Source: Chloroflexota bacterium (GTDB lineage Bacteria > Chloroflexota > Dehalococcoidia > Lucifugimonadales > UBA1127). Taken from it: DNA of 64,000 bases. Below are positions 54,435 to 64,000 of this stretch, piece after piece. Both the position numbers and the translations under genes were made by a program. The DNA is taken from the NCBI GenBank assembly GCA_026713825.1, contig JAPONS010000008.1, forward strand, positions 10,682 to 74,681, in the 5' to 3' direction. Numbering within the stretch: the stretch's first letter is position 1; the number at the start of each line of letters is the position of its first letter. The notes beneath the pieces are model-generated. The model was not told the DNA's origin. It ran no database searches and was given only the letters and a program-made list of their open reading frames with translations.

Positions 54435-55130
54435 CTACACCTCGACGGCCGTGCGCTCCTGCACCCGGGCGAAGGGCATCCCCATCAAGTCGAGGAGCCG
54501 CAGCGCCTCCTGGTCCGTCTTGGCAGTGGTGATAATGTTGACCTGCATTCCGCGAAGCCGGTCTATTTGGTTGTAGTCGATCTCTGGAAACACAATCTGC
54601 TCGCGCAAGCCAAGCGCGTAGTTCCCACGTCCATCGAAGGCCGATCGGGACACCCCGCGGAAGTCGCGGATACGGGGCAGCGCGGTGTTAAACAGCTTGT
54701 CGAGGAACGTGTACATCCGGTCGCCGCGCAGCGTGACCATGACACCAACTGCCTGGCCCTCACGCAGTTTGAAGCCCGCCACGGAGCGGCGCGCCTTCCG
54801 TGAGATGGGCCGTTGGCCCGTGATCGCCGCGATGTCTCCCATGGTGGCGTCCATGGCGCGCCCATTGGTCAAGGCCTCACCCAGTCCGACGTTGATGACA
54901 ACTTTCTCGACCTTCGGAATCTCCATAGCGTTGGCGTAGGAAAACTCCTGCTGCATCTGCGGGGCCAGCTCCTCACGGTAGCGCGCCAGCAGCCTGGGCA
55001 GCACTCGGCCCTGCGCAGAGGGCTTCGCAGTGGCCTGCGTCTGGGCGCGGTTGCGCCCCCGGGCCCTGCCGCCTCCGCTGGAGGACTCTTGCGGTTCTTC
55101 TATTCGATCGGTTGGTTGCACTTCTTGCAT
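54435..55130 (-). CDS. rplE: 50S ribosomal protein L5 (start uncertain: ATG 55130 with a 42-aa N-terminal extension, or GTG 55004)
   Basis: The core [43 protein letters not shown]... is canonical L5. The only upstream ATG overlaps rplX by 31 nt. Confidence 0.9.
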   Translation of the reverse strand: MQEVQPTDRIEEPQESSSGGGRARGRNRAQTQATAKPSAQGRVLPRLLARYREELAPQMQQEFSYANAMEIPKVEKVVINVGLGEALTNGRAMDATMGDIAAITGQRPISRKARRSVAGFKLREGQAVGVMVTLRGDRMYTFLDKLFNTALPRIRDFRGVSRSAFDGRGNYALGLREQIVFPEIDYNQIDRLRGMQVNIITTAKTDQEALRLLDLMGMPFARVQERTAVEV

Positions 55131-55417
55131 AGCCGTACTTTCTTGCCATCGTTCAGAAACGTGAATCCCATCCGGGCGGCTGTGTTGCAAAGCGGACACA
55201 CCACCTTGACGTTGGAGAGCGCTAGCGGCGCTTCCATGGTAATGATTCCTGCTTGGCTGATGCCGGGCTGGGCCCTGCGGTGGCGCTTCACCATGTTGAG
55301 GCCTTCCACATAGAGCTTACCCTCACTGGGGAAAACACGCTGCACAATACTCTGCTTGCCGCGGTCCTTGCCCTTTGTGACGACCACCGTGTCGCCCCTT
55401 CTGATCTTCTGCGCCAT
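55100..55417 (-). CDS. rplX: 50S ribosomal protein L24
   Basis: MAQKIRRGDTVVVTKGKDRGKQSIVQRVFPSEGKLYVEGLNMVKRH... Confidence 0.95.
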   Translation of the reverse strand: MAQKIRRGDTVVVTKGKDRGKQSIVQRVFPSEGKLYVEGLNMVKRHRRAQPGISQAGIITMEAPLALSNVKVVCPLCNTAARMGFTFLNDGKKVRLCKKCNQPIE

Positions 55418-55447
55418 GACCTCTTCCTTCTCTCCCGCCTGGATACC

Positions 55448-55822
55448 CTAAAAGACTTCCGGCGCCAGGGAAACGATGCGCATGAACCCCTTCTCCCGCA
55501 GCTCGCGGGCCACCGGCCCGAAAATGCGCGTGCCTATGGGGTTCAGCGCGTCCGTCAGCATGACTGCCGCGTTCTCGTCAAAGCGGATGTGGGTGCCGTC
55601 GGGCCGACGTGTGTTCTTCACAACCCGGACAATGACGGCCTTGACGACCTTCCCCGCCCGCACCGCGTCGGGCGCGTTGGGGATGGCGTCCTTGATCGAG
55701 CACGTGATGATGTCGCCGAGCCCTGCGTAGCGTCTGCGGCTCGAACCGGGGATACCAATGCACATCACCTGCTTGGCCCCGGAGTTGTCCGCAACAGCCA
55801 ACCGTGACATATGCTGAATCAT
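55448..55822 (-). CDS. rplN: 50S ribosomal protein L14
   Basis: [27 protein letters not shown]... Confidence 0.97.
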   Translation of the reverse strand: MIQHMSRLAVADNSGAKQVMCIGIPGSSRRRYAGLGDIITCSIKDAIPNAPDAVRAGKVVKAVIVRVVKNTRRPDGTHIRFDENAAVMLTDALNPIGTRIFGPVARELREKGFMRIVSLAPEVF

Positions 55823-56661
55823 GCGTCCTCCTTCCGGGGAGCTTCCCCGTCCTTTGAGGACGCCTCTTCCGTCTCAGTCACGGGCTCCTCCGCGGCTGCC
55901 TCAACTTCAGCGCTCTCAGGCTCAGATTCTGTGACTCCTGCCTCAGCTTCTATGTTTTCAGGCTCCACTTCCGCGACCTCAGCATCAATGCTTTCGGGCT
56001 CCGCGTCCGCGACCTCTGCCTCAGTCTCTGCAGTTGCACTCTCAGCTTCGACTGGTTCGTCTGCGTCCAGTTCGGCTACAGGTTCCTCGCTGGGTTCTTC
56101 ACTCACCAATTCCTGCGCGTCCTCAGAACTGGGGCTTTCTGGCTGCTCGTCCAGGGCTTCATCGCGGATGGACTCTGGATCTTCGACCTCGTCTACCTCA
56201 TCTGCTACGACGGGTGCGTCATCATCGACCTCGGCCTCAGCGGTCACGGCCTCGTCTTCGCCCTCCGCCTCGTGGGTGGCCACCACGGTCTCGACGTCAG
56301 CCGCGGGATCGGGCGATTTCTCAGTGTCGGCCACCGCAACCGGCGCCTCGATTACCTCAACGGCCTCTGCCATCACGGCCTCTGCCTCCGCGACTTCCTC
56401 CGGGCGCAGCATTTCATGTCGCTGTAGTACAGCCTGCAGGCGGAACCGCTTGGTCTTGGACACCGGGCGGCACTCGATCACCCGCACTAGGTCGCCGTAC
56501 TGCGACTCGCCCAGCGGATCGTGGACGTAGAGCATTGTCTTGCGGCGCAGCGCCTTTCCGTACACGGCGTGGTGGCGCACGCGGTCTACGGCCACCACCA
56601 AGGTGTTCTGCATCTTGGCGCTGATTACCCGCCCGACGTAGCTTCTCCGATTCATTGCCAT
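55819..56661 (-). CDS. rpsQ: 30S ribosomal protein S17 with ~195-aa acidic C-terminal extension
   Basis: The N-terminal ~88 aa are canonical S17 ([45 protein letters not shown]...[17 protein letters not shown]). The same frame continues through a Glu/Asp/Ala/Val-rich tail to a TGA overlapping the rplN ATG (ATGA). Confidence 0.9.
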   Translation of the reverse strand: MAMNRRSYVGRVISAKMQNTLVVAVDRVRHHAVYGKALRRKTMLYVHDPLGESQYGDLVRVIECRPVSKTKRFRLQAVLQRHEMLRPEEVAEAEAVMAEAVEVIEAPVAVADTEKSPDPAADVETVVATHEAEGEDEAVTAEAEVDDDAPVVADEVDEVEDPESIRDEALDEQPESPSSEDAQELVSEEPSEEPVAELDADEPVEAESATAETEAEVADAEPESIDAEVAEVEPENIEAEAGVTESEPESAEVEAAAEEPVTETEEASSKDGEAPRKEDA

Positions 56662-56859
56662 CTAGTGAATCCCCAACTCCCGCTCACGCATCACCGTCTT
56701 GATGCGCGCGATGGTCTTCTTGACTCGCTTCATCTCGCTCACGCTGGGCAACTGATGCGTCATCCACCGGAACCGAAGGTTCATCAGTTCCCGGTAGGAC
56801 TCATCCAGCTCCTCTTGGAGATCGTCCGTGCTCTTCTCTCGAACTTCGTCTACGCGCAT
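56662..56859 (-). CDS. rpmC: 50S ribosomal protein L29
   Basis: MRVDEVREKSTDDLQEELDESYRELMNLRFRWMTHQL... Confidence 0.94.
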   Translation of the reverse strand: MRVDEVREKSTDDLQEELDESYRELMNLRFRWMTHQLPSVSEMKRVKKTIARIKTVMRERELGIH

Positions 56860-56874
56860 GGGCCTGCTCGATTC

Positions 56875-57306
56875 CTAGTTCACCGTATGGAGGAAGTAGT
56901 CCTCCCGGGTTACGATCTTGGTCTGCACCGGAAGCTTGGCCGCGGCCAGCCTCAGTCCTTCCTTCGCCTGCTCCTCAGACACGCCGGAAAGCTCGAAGAG
57001 CATCCGACCGCGTTTGGCGACGGCCACGTAGTGGTCGACGCCGCCCTTGCCCTTGCCCATCCGGGTCTCCAAAGGTTTCTTGGTCACGGGCTTGTCTGCA
57101 AATACACGAATCCACAGCTGGCCACCGCGGCGGAGATAGCGCACGACAGCGCGGCGCGCCGCCTCTATCTGTCGAGCCGTGAGCCAAGCTGTGTCTAAGG
57201 TCTTGAGGCCGTAGTCGCCAAAGTGCAGGGTTGCACCGGAGGTTGCCGCACCCTTACGGCGTCCCCGGTGCACCTTGCGGTACTTGAGCCGCTTAGGTTG
57301 CTGCAT
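56875..57306 (-). CDS. rplP: 50S ribosomal protein L16
   Basis: [24 protein letters not shown]... Confidence 0.96.
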   Translation of the reverse strand: MQQPKRLKYRKVHRGRRKGAATSGATLHFGDYGLKTLDTAWLTARQIEAARRAVVRYLRRGGQLWIRVFADKPVTKKPLETRMGKGKGGVDHYVAVAKRGRMLFELSGVSEEQAKEGLRLAAAKLPVQTKIVTREDYFLHTVN

Positions 57307-58057
57307 CGGGCTCTCCTTCTGCGGCGGCCTCCGCTCGGTCGATAACCTTCTGGTCTGCAGCCTCGTCCTCAGCTCGCATCGTTACTTCTATAGGGCCAAG
57401 GTCCTCAGCCGCCTCCTGCTCGCGCAACGGAACTATGTCGCCCTTGTAGACCCACACTTTTACTCCGATGCGGCCCATCGTCGTGCTTGCCTCGCTGATG
57501 GCGAAGTCGACGTCCGCGCGGATGGTGTGGAGGGGCACCCGCCCCATCATGACCTTCTCCCGTCGAGCGATGTCAGCGCCACCCAACCGTCCGCTCACGA
57601 TGATCTTGACGCCCTGAACGCCCGCTTGCATGGATCGCGTCGCCGTCTGCTGCATGGCGCGGCGGTGCGCCACGCGGCGCTCGAGCTGCTCGGCGCAGCT
57701 GCGGGCCACCAGAGCAGCCACTGTTTCCGGCTGCCGGACCTCCTGCACGGAAATCCGGACACGCCGCTCCGTCAGGGCCTCCAGCGCCTGCCGCATCTCC
57801 TCCACCCGCTGACCCTGGCGGCCAATGACGATGCCGGGACGGGCGGTCCAGATGACTACTGAAACGTCCTGGGGCCCCCGCTCAATCTCCACCTGCGGGA
57901 TGCCGGCCTCCGGGTAGCGGGTCAGGATCGCGTTGCGCAGCCGCAGGTCTTCCTGCAGCGTGTTGCGATAGTCCTGCTTTTTGGCGGCGAACCACCGGCT
58001 GTCCCAGTCCTTGATTATGCCGAGACGGAAACCAATAGGGTGCGTCTTATGTCCCAC
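57293..58057 (-). CDS. rpsC: 30S ribosomal protein S3
   Basis: GTG start. [23 protein letters not shown]... Acidic C-terminal tail. Confidence 0.96.
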   Translation of the reverse strand: MGHKTHPIGFRLGIIKDWDSRWFAAKKQDYRNTLQEDLRLRNAILTRYPEAGIPQVEIERGPQDVSVVIWTARPGIVIGRQGQRVEEMRQALEALTERRVRISVQEVRQPETVAALVARSCAEQLERRVAHRRAMQQTATRSMQAGVQGVKIIVSGRLGGADIARREKVMMGRVPLHTIRADVDFAISEASTTMGRIGVKVWVYKGDIVPLREQEAAEDLGPIEVTMRAEDEAADQKVIDRAEAAAEGEPDAAT

Positions 58058-58060
58058 AGC

Positions 58061-58396
58061 CTAACTCCCCCGGTCCACGACAACGGTGATGTGGCAGGAC
58101 CTTCGTTTGATGGGACTAATGCGCCCTCGGGACTGCGGCCGGTAGCGGCGCAGCCGGGGGGCGTCGTCCGCGTAGGCCGCCACCACCTTCAGCGTTTCCG
58201 GAATCATGAATCTGTTGTTCTCCGCGTTTGCCACGGCGGACCGGATTACCTTCGACACCGCGACGGCAGTAGGGCTGGGCACGTACTGGAGCGCGGCCAA
58301 CGCCTGGTAGACCGGTTTACCTCGCACCATGCCCAACACTCGCCGCACCTTCTGCGGCGACATGCCGAAGTTCCTGTGTGTTGCCTGTACCGCCAC
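58061..58396 (-). CDS. rplV: 50S ribosomal protein L22
   Basis: GTG start. ...ATHRNFGMSPQKVRRVLGMVRGKPVYQALAALQY... Confidence 0.95.
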   Translation of the reverse strand: MAVQATHRNFGMSPQKVRRVLGMVRGKPVYQALAALQYVPSPTAVAVSKVIRSAVANAENNRFMIPETLKVVAAYADDAPRLRRYRPQSRGRISPIKRRSCHITVVVDRGS

Positions 58397-58407
58397 GGAT
58401 CCTCCCC

Positions 58408-58695
58408 CTAGCCCCGCGGCCTGGTGGTCCGCTCGCTGCGGCCCGCATGGCCTCTGAATGTCCTAGTGGGCGCGAACTCGCCAAGACGGTGCCCTACCAT
58501 GTTCTCCGTCATATATACCGGCACGTGCCGGCGCCCGTCGTGTACAGCGATGGTGAGGCCCACCATGTCCGGCATGATCATGGAAGCCCTTGACCATGTG
58601 CGGATGACCACCTTCTCTTGTGTTCGCTGGGCCGCGTCCACCTTCCGTTGTAGCTTGGGGTGGACGTAAGGCCCCTTCTTAACGGACCTGCCCAT
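58408..58695 (-). CDS. rpsS: 30S ribosomal protein S19
   Basis: [19 protein letters not shown]...[32 protein letters not shown]. Confidence 0.97.
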   Translation of the reverse strand: MGRSVKKGPYVHPKLQRKVDAAQRTQEKVVIRTWSRASMIMPDMVGLTIAVHDGRRHVPVYMTENMVGHRLGEFAPTRTFRGHAGRSERTTRPRG

Positions 58696-59527
58696 AACCT
58701 ATCCTTCTTCGTCGCACGATAAACCGGCTGGTTTCCTTGTTGCGGCGTGTCTTCACACCCAGGGCTGGCTTGCCCCACTTGGTCTTGGCATATCGCAATC
58801 CGATGGGGTTACGGCCCTCACCGCCGCCGTGGGGATGGTCGCGCGGGTTCATCACCTTGCCGCGCACCTCGGGCCGCTTGCCCAGCCACCGGTTGCGCCC
58901 GGCCTTCCCAATCGACGTTGCGGCGTGCTCCGAATTGCCCACCTGCCCGATCGTCGCGTAGTTCTCGCTCAGTACGCGCCGGATCTCGCCGGAGGGGAGC
59001 CGGAGCTGCGTGTAACGCTCCTCGCGAGCCATCACCTGGGCACTGCCTCCAGCGCTGCGCACCATCTGTGCGCCTCGCCCGGGCTGCAGTTCAATATTGT
59101 GGACGACCGTACCCAGCGGCATGGACCTCAGGGACATCGCATTGCCGGCACGGATTTCGGCGTTTGACCCCGACATGATGGGGTCTCCCACCTTCACACC
59201 CACCGGCCACAAAATGTAGCGCTTGTCGCCATCGCGGTAGTGGATGAGCGCAATGCGCGCCGAGCGGTTCGGATCGTACTCGATGCTGTGCACCACGCCG
59301 GGGACGCCCGCCTTGTCGCGCCGTTTGAAGTCGATGACGCGGTACATGCGCTTGTGGCCACCGCCGCGGTGGCGAACCGTGAGACGCCCCTGCCGGTTTC
59401 GGCCGCCGTGCTTTCGCAAAGGCCGCAGCAGCGAGCGCTCCGGCTTGCTCTTCGTAATCTCGCTAAAGTCGGGCCGCACCAGCTGGCGCATGCCCGGCGT
59501 GATCGGCTTGAATTGCTTGAGACCCAT
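58679..59527 (-). CDS. rplB: 50S ribosomal protein L2
   Basis: [25 protein letters not shown]... Confidence 0.97.
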   Translation of the reverse strand: MGLKQFKPITPGMRQLVRPDFSEITKSKPERSLLRPLRKHGGRNRQGRLTVRHRGGGHKRMYRVIDFKRRDKAGVPGVVHSIEYDPNRSARIALIHYRDGDKRYILWPVGVKVGDPIMSGSNAEIRAGNAMSLRSMPLGTVVHNIELQPGRGAQMVRSAGGSAQVMAREERYTQLRLPSGEIRRVLSENYATIGQVGNSEHAATSIGKAGRNRWLGKRPEVRGKVMNPRDHPHGGGEGRNPIGLRYAKTKWGKPALGVKTRRNKETSRFIVRRRRIGYGQVR

Positions 59528-59529
59528 GC

Positions 59530-59823
59530 CTACACGCCCTCAAACACTGTGATGCGATCGCCCTGCCGCAGCGTCACGATGGCCTTCTTCTTGTCCGGCC
59601 CCTTGCTCATACGTGGGCCGAACCGCTTCATCTTGCCCGGCAGGCGCACCACAGTCACCTTCTCGACCTTCACTCCAAATAACGTCTCCACCGCCTGCTT
59701 GACGATGGTCTTGTTGGCGTGGAGTGCCACTCGGAAGGTGTATTTGTTCTCGTCTTGCAGACGTGTGCTCTTTTCCGTAACCACGGGGCCGATGAGCACA
59801 CCCGTCAACTGTGCCATGGTCAT
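59530..59823 (-). CDS. rplW: 50S ribosomal protein L23
   Basis: ...[37 protein letters not shown]... Confidence 0.95.
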   Translation of the reverse strand: MTMAQLTGVLIGPVVTEKSTRLQDENKYTFRVALHANKTIVKQAVETLFGVKVEKVTVVRLPGKMKRFGPRMSKGPDKKKAIVTLRQGDRITVFEGV

Positions 59824-60533
59824 GACGACTGCTCCTCACCGGTCTCTCCCAGACCGACGTCTGCCTCTCCCTCGGCGTTCGCTGACAGCGCAGGACGCCG
59901 AGACGTCTCCTGCGCCCACAGCTCCTCAATTCGCCGTACGGCCGCCACGCTGAGAACCAAGTGGGTGAAGTTCAGGAGGTCCACCGTGTTGAGCGTCGAG
60001 GCCGGGACGGACTTCACACGCTTCAAGTTGTGGCAGGCTTGCCAAAGCCCCTTCTGGGAAACGGCCTCGTTCACCACCAAGCACTTCGAGGAAATCTCCA
60101 GTCCCTGCAGCGCCTGCAACACCTGGCGGGTCTTGGGCTCGGGCAGGCGGAAATCCTCAACCACTGTCACTTCGCCGTCACGCACCTTCTGCGACAACAG
60201 TGACCGGATGGCGAGTCGCCGCATCTTCTTGGGCGTTCGCTGCGTGTAGTCCCTTGGCTTGGGCCCGAAGGTAACACCGCCGTGCCGCCACTGTGGAGAC
60301 CGGGTGCTGCCATGCCTGGCGCGCCCCGTGCCCTTCTGCCGCCAAGGCTTGCGGCCGCCGCCGCTGACCTCGGCACGGGTCTTGGTGCTGTGGGTGCCTG
60401 CTCGCTTGTTGGCAAGCTGCCCCACCATCACCTGGTGTATTACTGCCGTGTTTAGGGGCGTGTCGAAGACAGTATCGCTCACTTCAATGCTGCCGACCGT
60501 CGCGCCCTGCATGTTCTTCAGTGGTAGTTCCAT
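59820..60533 (-). CDS. rplD: 50S ribosomal protein L4
   Basis: MELPLKNMQGATVGSIEVSDTVFDTPLNTAVIHQVMVGQLANKRAGTHSTKTR... C-terminal extension. Confidence 0.95.
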   Translation of the reverse strand: MELPLKNMQGATVGSIEVSDTVFDTPLNTAVIHQVMVGQLANKRAGTHSTKTRAEVSGGGRKPWRQKGTGRARHGSTRSPQWRHGGVTFGPKPRDYTQRTPKKMRRLAIRSLLSQKVRDGEVTVVEDFRLPEPKTRQVLQALQGLEISSKCLVVNEAVSQKGLWQACHNLKRVKSVPASTLNTVDLLNFTHLVLSVAAVRRIEELWAQETSRRPALSANAEGEADVGLGETGEEQSS

Positions 60534-60538
60534 ACCTG

Positions 60539-61168
60539 CTATCCAGCCTTGTTCGTTCGTCGCAGGATCACGAGGCCCTGCGACGGCCCGGGGATTGCTC
60601 CCCTTACAAACACAAGATTGCGCTCAGCATCCACCTTAACTATCTCCAAGTTGCGCACCGTGACGCGCTCGGCGCCGTAGTGGCCGGCCATCTTGGTCCC
60701 CTTCCAAATTCGGCCGGGGTACGTACCGGAGCCAATGGATCCCGGCGCGCGGTGGCGGTCTGACTGACCGTGCGTCTTGGGTCCACCCCCGAAGTTATGA
60801 CGCTTCACGCCACCGGTGAAACCGCGGCCCTTAGATTTCCCGATGGCGTCAACGTACTCGCCCTCGGTGAAGATCTCTGCGCCGACGGGGTCGCCTACCT
60901 CAATGCCTGTCAGGTCGCTGGCCGGCACCTCGCGCAGATGTCGGTAGAGACGACCGGCTCTGCGCAGATGGCCTCGTTCAGGGCTCCGAAGGTTCCGGAC
61001 TTCGTGAAAGCCCAGCTGCACGGCGGTGTATTCATCCTTCTCCGGCACCCGGATCTGCGTGATGGTGCATGGGCCGGCCTGCACGGCCGTCACGCCCACC
61101 AACCTTCCGTCTTCACGGAAGATCTGGGTCATGCCGATCTTCTTGCCCAAGATGCCGTCTACCGCCAT
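60539..61168 (-). CDS. rplC: 50S ribosomal protein L3
   Basis: MAVDGILGKKIGMTQIFREDGRLVGVTAVQAGPC... Confidence 0.97.
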   Translation of the reverse strand: MAVDGILGKKIGMTQIFREDGRLVGVTAVQAGPCTITQIRVPEKDEYTAVQLGFHEVRNLRSPERGHLRRAGRLYRHLREVPASDLTGIEVGDPVGAEIFTEGEYVDAIGKSKGRGFTGGVKRHNFGGGPKTHGQSDRHRAPGSIGSGTYPGRIWKGTKMAGHYGAERVTVRNLEIVKVDAERNLVFVRGAIPGPSQGLVILRRTNKAG

Positions 61169-61189
61169 GTTCTCCTATGCCCCTCAGTA

Positions 61190-61217
61190 GAAAACGGAGC
61201 CAGCGAATGGCTCCGTT
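61190..61217 (-). terminator. Intra-operon hairpin plus U-tract between rpsJ and rplC (attenuator/terminator-like)
   Basis: Minus strand AACGGAGCC-attcgct-GGCTCCGTT followed by TTCTACT: a perfect 9-bp stem running into UUUUCU. Confidence 0.35.
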
Positions 61218-61236
61218 ATTCGGGTTACTCTGCGAG

Positions 61237-61545
61237 CTATGTCTTGATAGTGATGTCGACGCCGGCTGCAACGTTCAGCCGGGAGAGCGCTTCCAAGGTG
61301 CGGCCCGTAGACTCCAGGATGTCCACCAGCCGCTTGTGAGTCCGAAGCTCAAAGTGCTCCCGCGAGTCTTTATCGATATGCGGTGATCGAATGACGCAGA
61401 AGCGCTGCTTGTGCGTCGGCAGCGGAACAGGCCCGGCAACGACTGCACCCGTGCGCTCCGCAGTCTCCACGATCTGCTGTGCGGACAGGTCCAGCGCCCG
61501 ATGGTCAAACGCCTTCAGGATGATGCGAATTTTCTGGCCGGGCAT
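61237..61545 (-). CDS. rpsJ: 30S ribosomal protein S10
   Basis: [34 protein letters not shown]... Confidence 0.97.
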   Translation of the reverse strand: MPGQKIRIILKAFDHRALDLSAQQIVETAERTGAVVAGPVPLPTHKQRFCVIRSPHIDKDSREHFELRTHKRLVDILESTGRTLEALSRLNVAAGVDITIKT

Positions 61546-61569
61546 GGCAAAAACCTACCTTACACCACG

Positions 61570-63618
61570 TTAGACACGGACAAGCATCTGCTGCGCCACG
61601 GAATCCGGCACCTCTTCGTAGTGGTGGAACTCCATGGAATGACTCGCTCTGCCCTGAGTAAGCGACCGGACGGTTGTGGCGTACCCGAACATCTCGGCCA
61701 GGGGAACCAGCGCGCGAATGGTCTGGACATCCCCAACACCTTCGATGTTCTGCACCCGCGCCCGCTTCCCGGAAAGGTCTCCAAGGACCTCGCCCAGAAA
61801 CTCACCCGGGGTGACGACTTCCGTCTGAATGTATGGCTCCATGAGGACGGGCTTTGCTTTCCGCAAGCCCTCCTTCACAGCCATAGAACCAGCAATCTTA
61901 AAAGCGATCTCGGAGGAATCGACGGGGTGATAACTGCCGTCTACCAAGGAGACCTTGATATCCACCACAGGATAGCCCGCTATCGCTCCGCTGTCCAGTG
62001 CTTCCTGTACACCCGCACGCACAGGGTTTATGTACTCCCTCGGCACGACGCCACCAACGATCTTGTCCTCGAAGACAAAACCGCCGCCGCTCTCCAACGG
62101 CTCGATCTCCAGCCACACGTGGCCGAATTGGCCGTGGCCACCAGTCTGACGCACGAAGCGGCCTTCGACACGTACATGCTGCCTGATGGCCTCGCGGTAG
62201 GACACTCGCGGACGGCCCACCTGCGCCTGAACGTTGAATTCGCGACGCAGCCGGTCGACTAGCACGTCCAAGTGAAGCTCACCCATGCCGGAGATGATGG
62301 TCTGTCCACTCTCCTTGTCGTAACGCACCACAAATGTGGGGTCCTCGTCCGCCAGCTTGCGGAGGGACTCCTCCAATCGCTCTTGGTCTGCCTGCGTCCG
62401 CGGCTCCACGGATACAGAGATGACCGGGTCCGGGAAGCTCGGGGGCTCCAGCACCACCGGCGCACTGCCGTCGCAGACAGTCTCGCCGGTAAAGGTGTTC
62501 TTCAGGCCCACCACCGCGCCAATCTGCCCAGCGTTCAGCGCGGGTACGTCCTCACGGTGGTTCGCGTGCATGAGTACAAGGCGTGCGATGCGCTCATCCG
62601 TCTCCTTGGACGCGTTGTAGACATAGGAGCCAGCCTTGAGCTGCCCCGAGTACACCCGCACGAAAACCAAGCGCCCGATGTACGGGTCCGCAGCGACCTT
62701 GAAGGCCAGCGCAGCCAGCGATTCCGACGGGTCCGTAGCCCGAATGATGGGCTCCTGAGTGCGCGGGTCCATGCCCTCTACCGACGGCACGTCCAACGGG
62801 GAAGGCAGATAGTCGATGACCGCGTCTAGTAGCGGGTGAATGCCTCGATTTCGGAGCGCTGTGCCGCAGAGGACTGGAACGAGGATGTTGCTCAAGGTGG
62901 CCCTGCGAAGCGCGGCGACCAATTCGTCCTCCGAGAAGTCCTCGCCTTCAAGGTACTTCTCTAGGAGTGCGTCGTCGGTCTCTGCCACACGCTCCATCAA
63001 CAGGTCACGATATTTGGCGGCCTCGTCCTGCAATTCGGCGGGAATGGGCGCCTCTGTAGGCGCGCCAACCTCGTCACTATAGAGCAGCGCCTTCTGCCGC
63101 ACCAAGTCGACCATTCCTCGGAAGGTGTTCTCCGCACCAATTGGCAACTGCACGGGAACCGGGCGAGCCGAGAGCCGATCACGGATCATGTCGACAGTTC
63201 GGGCAAAGTCAGCGCCCGGACGGTCCATCTTGTTCACAAGGCAGATACGAGGCACCTCGTACTTGTTGGCCTGTCGCCACACAGTCTCGGACTGCGGCTG
63301 CACGCCAGCCACCGCGTCGAAGATGACGACGCCGCCGTCGAGCACTCGCAGACTCCGCTCTACTTCTGCGGTGAAGTCCACGTGGCCGGGGGTGTCGATG
63401 ATATTGACGTCGTGTCCGTTCCACTCGCAGGCCGTGGCGGCCGCGGTGATGGTTATGCCGCGCTCGCGCTCCTGCGGCATCCAGTCCATGACGGTATTGC
63501 CGTCGTCGACGTTGCCGAGCCGGTGGGTCCGGCCCGCGAAAAAGAGCACACGTTCAGTGACCGTCGTCTTGCCAGCGTCGATATGCGCAATGAATCCTAT
63601 GTTGCGAATGCGATCCAA
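61570..63618 (-). CDS. fusA: Elongation factor G
   Basis: TTG start. ...[25 protein letters not shown]...[21 protein letters not shown]... 682 aa. Confidence 0.96.
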   Translation of the reverse strand: MDRIRNIGFIAHIDAGKTTVTERVLFFAGRTHRLGNVDDGNTVMDWMPQERERGITITAAATACEWNGHDVNIIDTPGHVDFTAEVERSLRVLDGGVVIFDAVAGVQPQSETVWRQANKYEVPRICLVNKMDRPGADFARTVDMIRDRLSARPVPVQLPIGAENTFRGMVDLVRQKALLYSDEVGAPTEAPIPAELQDEAAKYRDLLMERVAETDDALLEKYLEGEDFSEDELVAALRRATLSNILVPVLCGTALRNRGIHPLLDAVIDYLPSPLDVPSVEGMDPRTQEPIIRATDPSESLAALAFKVAADPYIGRLVFVRVYSGQLKAGSYVYNASKETDERIARLVLMHANHREDVPALNAGQIGAVVGLKNTFTGETVCDGSAPVVLEPPSFPDPVISVSVEPRTQADQERLEESLRKLADEDPTFVVRYDKESGQTIISGMGELHLDVLVDRLRREFNVQAQVGRPRVSYREAIRQHVRVEGRFVRQTGGHGQFGHVWLEIEPLESGGGFVFEDKIVGGVVPREYINPVRAGVQEALDSGAIAGYPVVDIKVSLVDGSYHPVDSSEIAFKIAGSMAVKEGLRKAKPVLMEPYIQTEVVTPGEFLGEVLGDLSGKRARVQNIEGVGDVQTIRALVPLAEMFGYATTVRSLTQGRASHSMEFHHYEEVPDSVAQQMLVRV

Positions 63619-63676
63619 GGGGCCCTTTCCCGGCGCGCGGTTGCGCCGTCTCCGATACTGCGAAGTTACGCGATCA

Positions 63677-64000
63677 TCACCACCGGTAGTGTACGAAGGC
63701 GCGGTTGGCCTCCGCCATGCGGTGCAGGTCCTCGCGCCGCTTTACTGCAGCCCCGTCGCCCCGTGAAGCGTCCAAGAACTCCTGGGCCAGCTTCTGGTGC
63801 ATGGGACGGCCCTTGCGGCCACGAGCGCTGTTGATGATCCACCGCATTGCCAGTGCGCTTCCTCTCCGTGCTGGCACCTCAATGGGGATCTGATAGGTGG
63901 CGCCACCGACACGGCGGGCCTTGACCTGCAATAGTGGCGTCGCGTTGCGCAACGCCTCCTGGAAGATTTCCAGCGGCGGTCGATGCGCCTGTTGTTCCAC
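63677..64000 (-). CDS. rpsG: 30S ribosomal protein S7 (N-terminus beyond window)
   Basis: ...[46 protein letters not shown]...NRAFVHYRW. Confidence 0.95.
   Translation of the reverse strand: MEQQAHRPPLEIFQEALRNATPLLQVKARRVGGATYQIPIEVPARRGSALAMRWIINSARGRKGRPMHQKLAQEFLDASRGDGAAVKRREDLHRMAEANRAFVHYRW

Noticed and set aside
55811-56530. 239-aa Ser-rich plus-strand ORF.
   Set aside because: It is the antisense mirror of the GAN/GCN-rich codons of the S17 acidic tail, with no independent support.

Overview
High-GC bacterial chromosomal window with about 78 protein genes and one tRNA, mostly on the minus strand. Taxon cannot be fixed without a search; leaderless or extended -10 promoters, an S-layer-like giant protein and der-plsY-gpsA synteny are compatible with a Chloroflexota-like lineage (inference only). 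43.5-64 kb holds the conserved ribosomal-protein supercluster: rpsG-fusA-rpsJ-rplCDWB...rpsQ-rplNXE...secY-adk-map-infA-rpmJ-rpsMKD-rpoA-rplQ-truA-rplM-rpsI. 35.5-42.6 kb is a complete F1Fo ATP synthase operon next to rex. 4.1-14.3 kb is one long heme/siroheme operon (HTH regulator, fused AhbA/B-like siroheme decarboxylase, sirC, hemA, hemC, cobA-hemD, hemB, xth, DUF3052-like gene, hemL). 16-25.6 kb carries pcm, argF, der-plsY-gpsA, prmA, dnaJ, grpE and hrcA. The only clearly accessory stretch is 25.7-34.5 kb: a collagen-repeat lipoprotein, a Pro/Thr-rich secreted protein with a Cys-containing C-terminal anchor-like signal, an 1125-aa S-layer-like protein, two tandem paralogous small tail-anchored coiled-coil proteins, and an MFS transporter. 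These genes are separated by long C-rich spacers packed with several families of short hairpin repeats, some nested inside each other. Other unusual points are a ribosomal protein S17 with a ~195-aa acidic tail, a rearranged family III CoA-transferase, a tRNA-Ala-adjacent lower-GC islet with an ANT(2'')/Lnu-type nucleotidyltransferase, a candidate Rex operator on the atp promoter, and hrcA-grpE-dnaJ lacking dnaK and CIRCE. All calls rest on reading the sequence and ORF translations; no database search was run.
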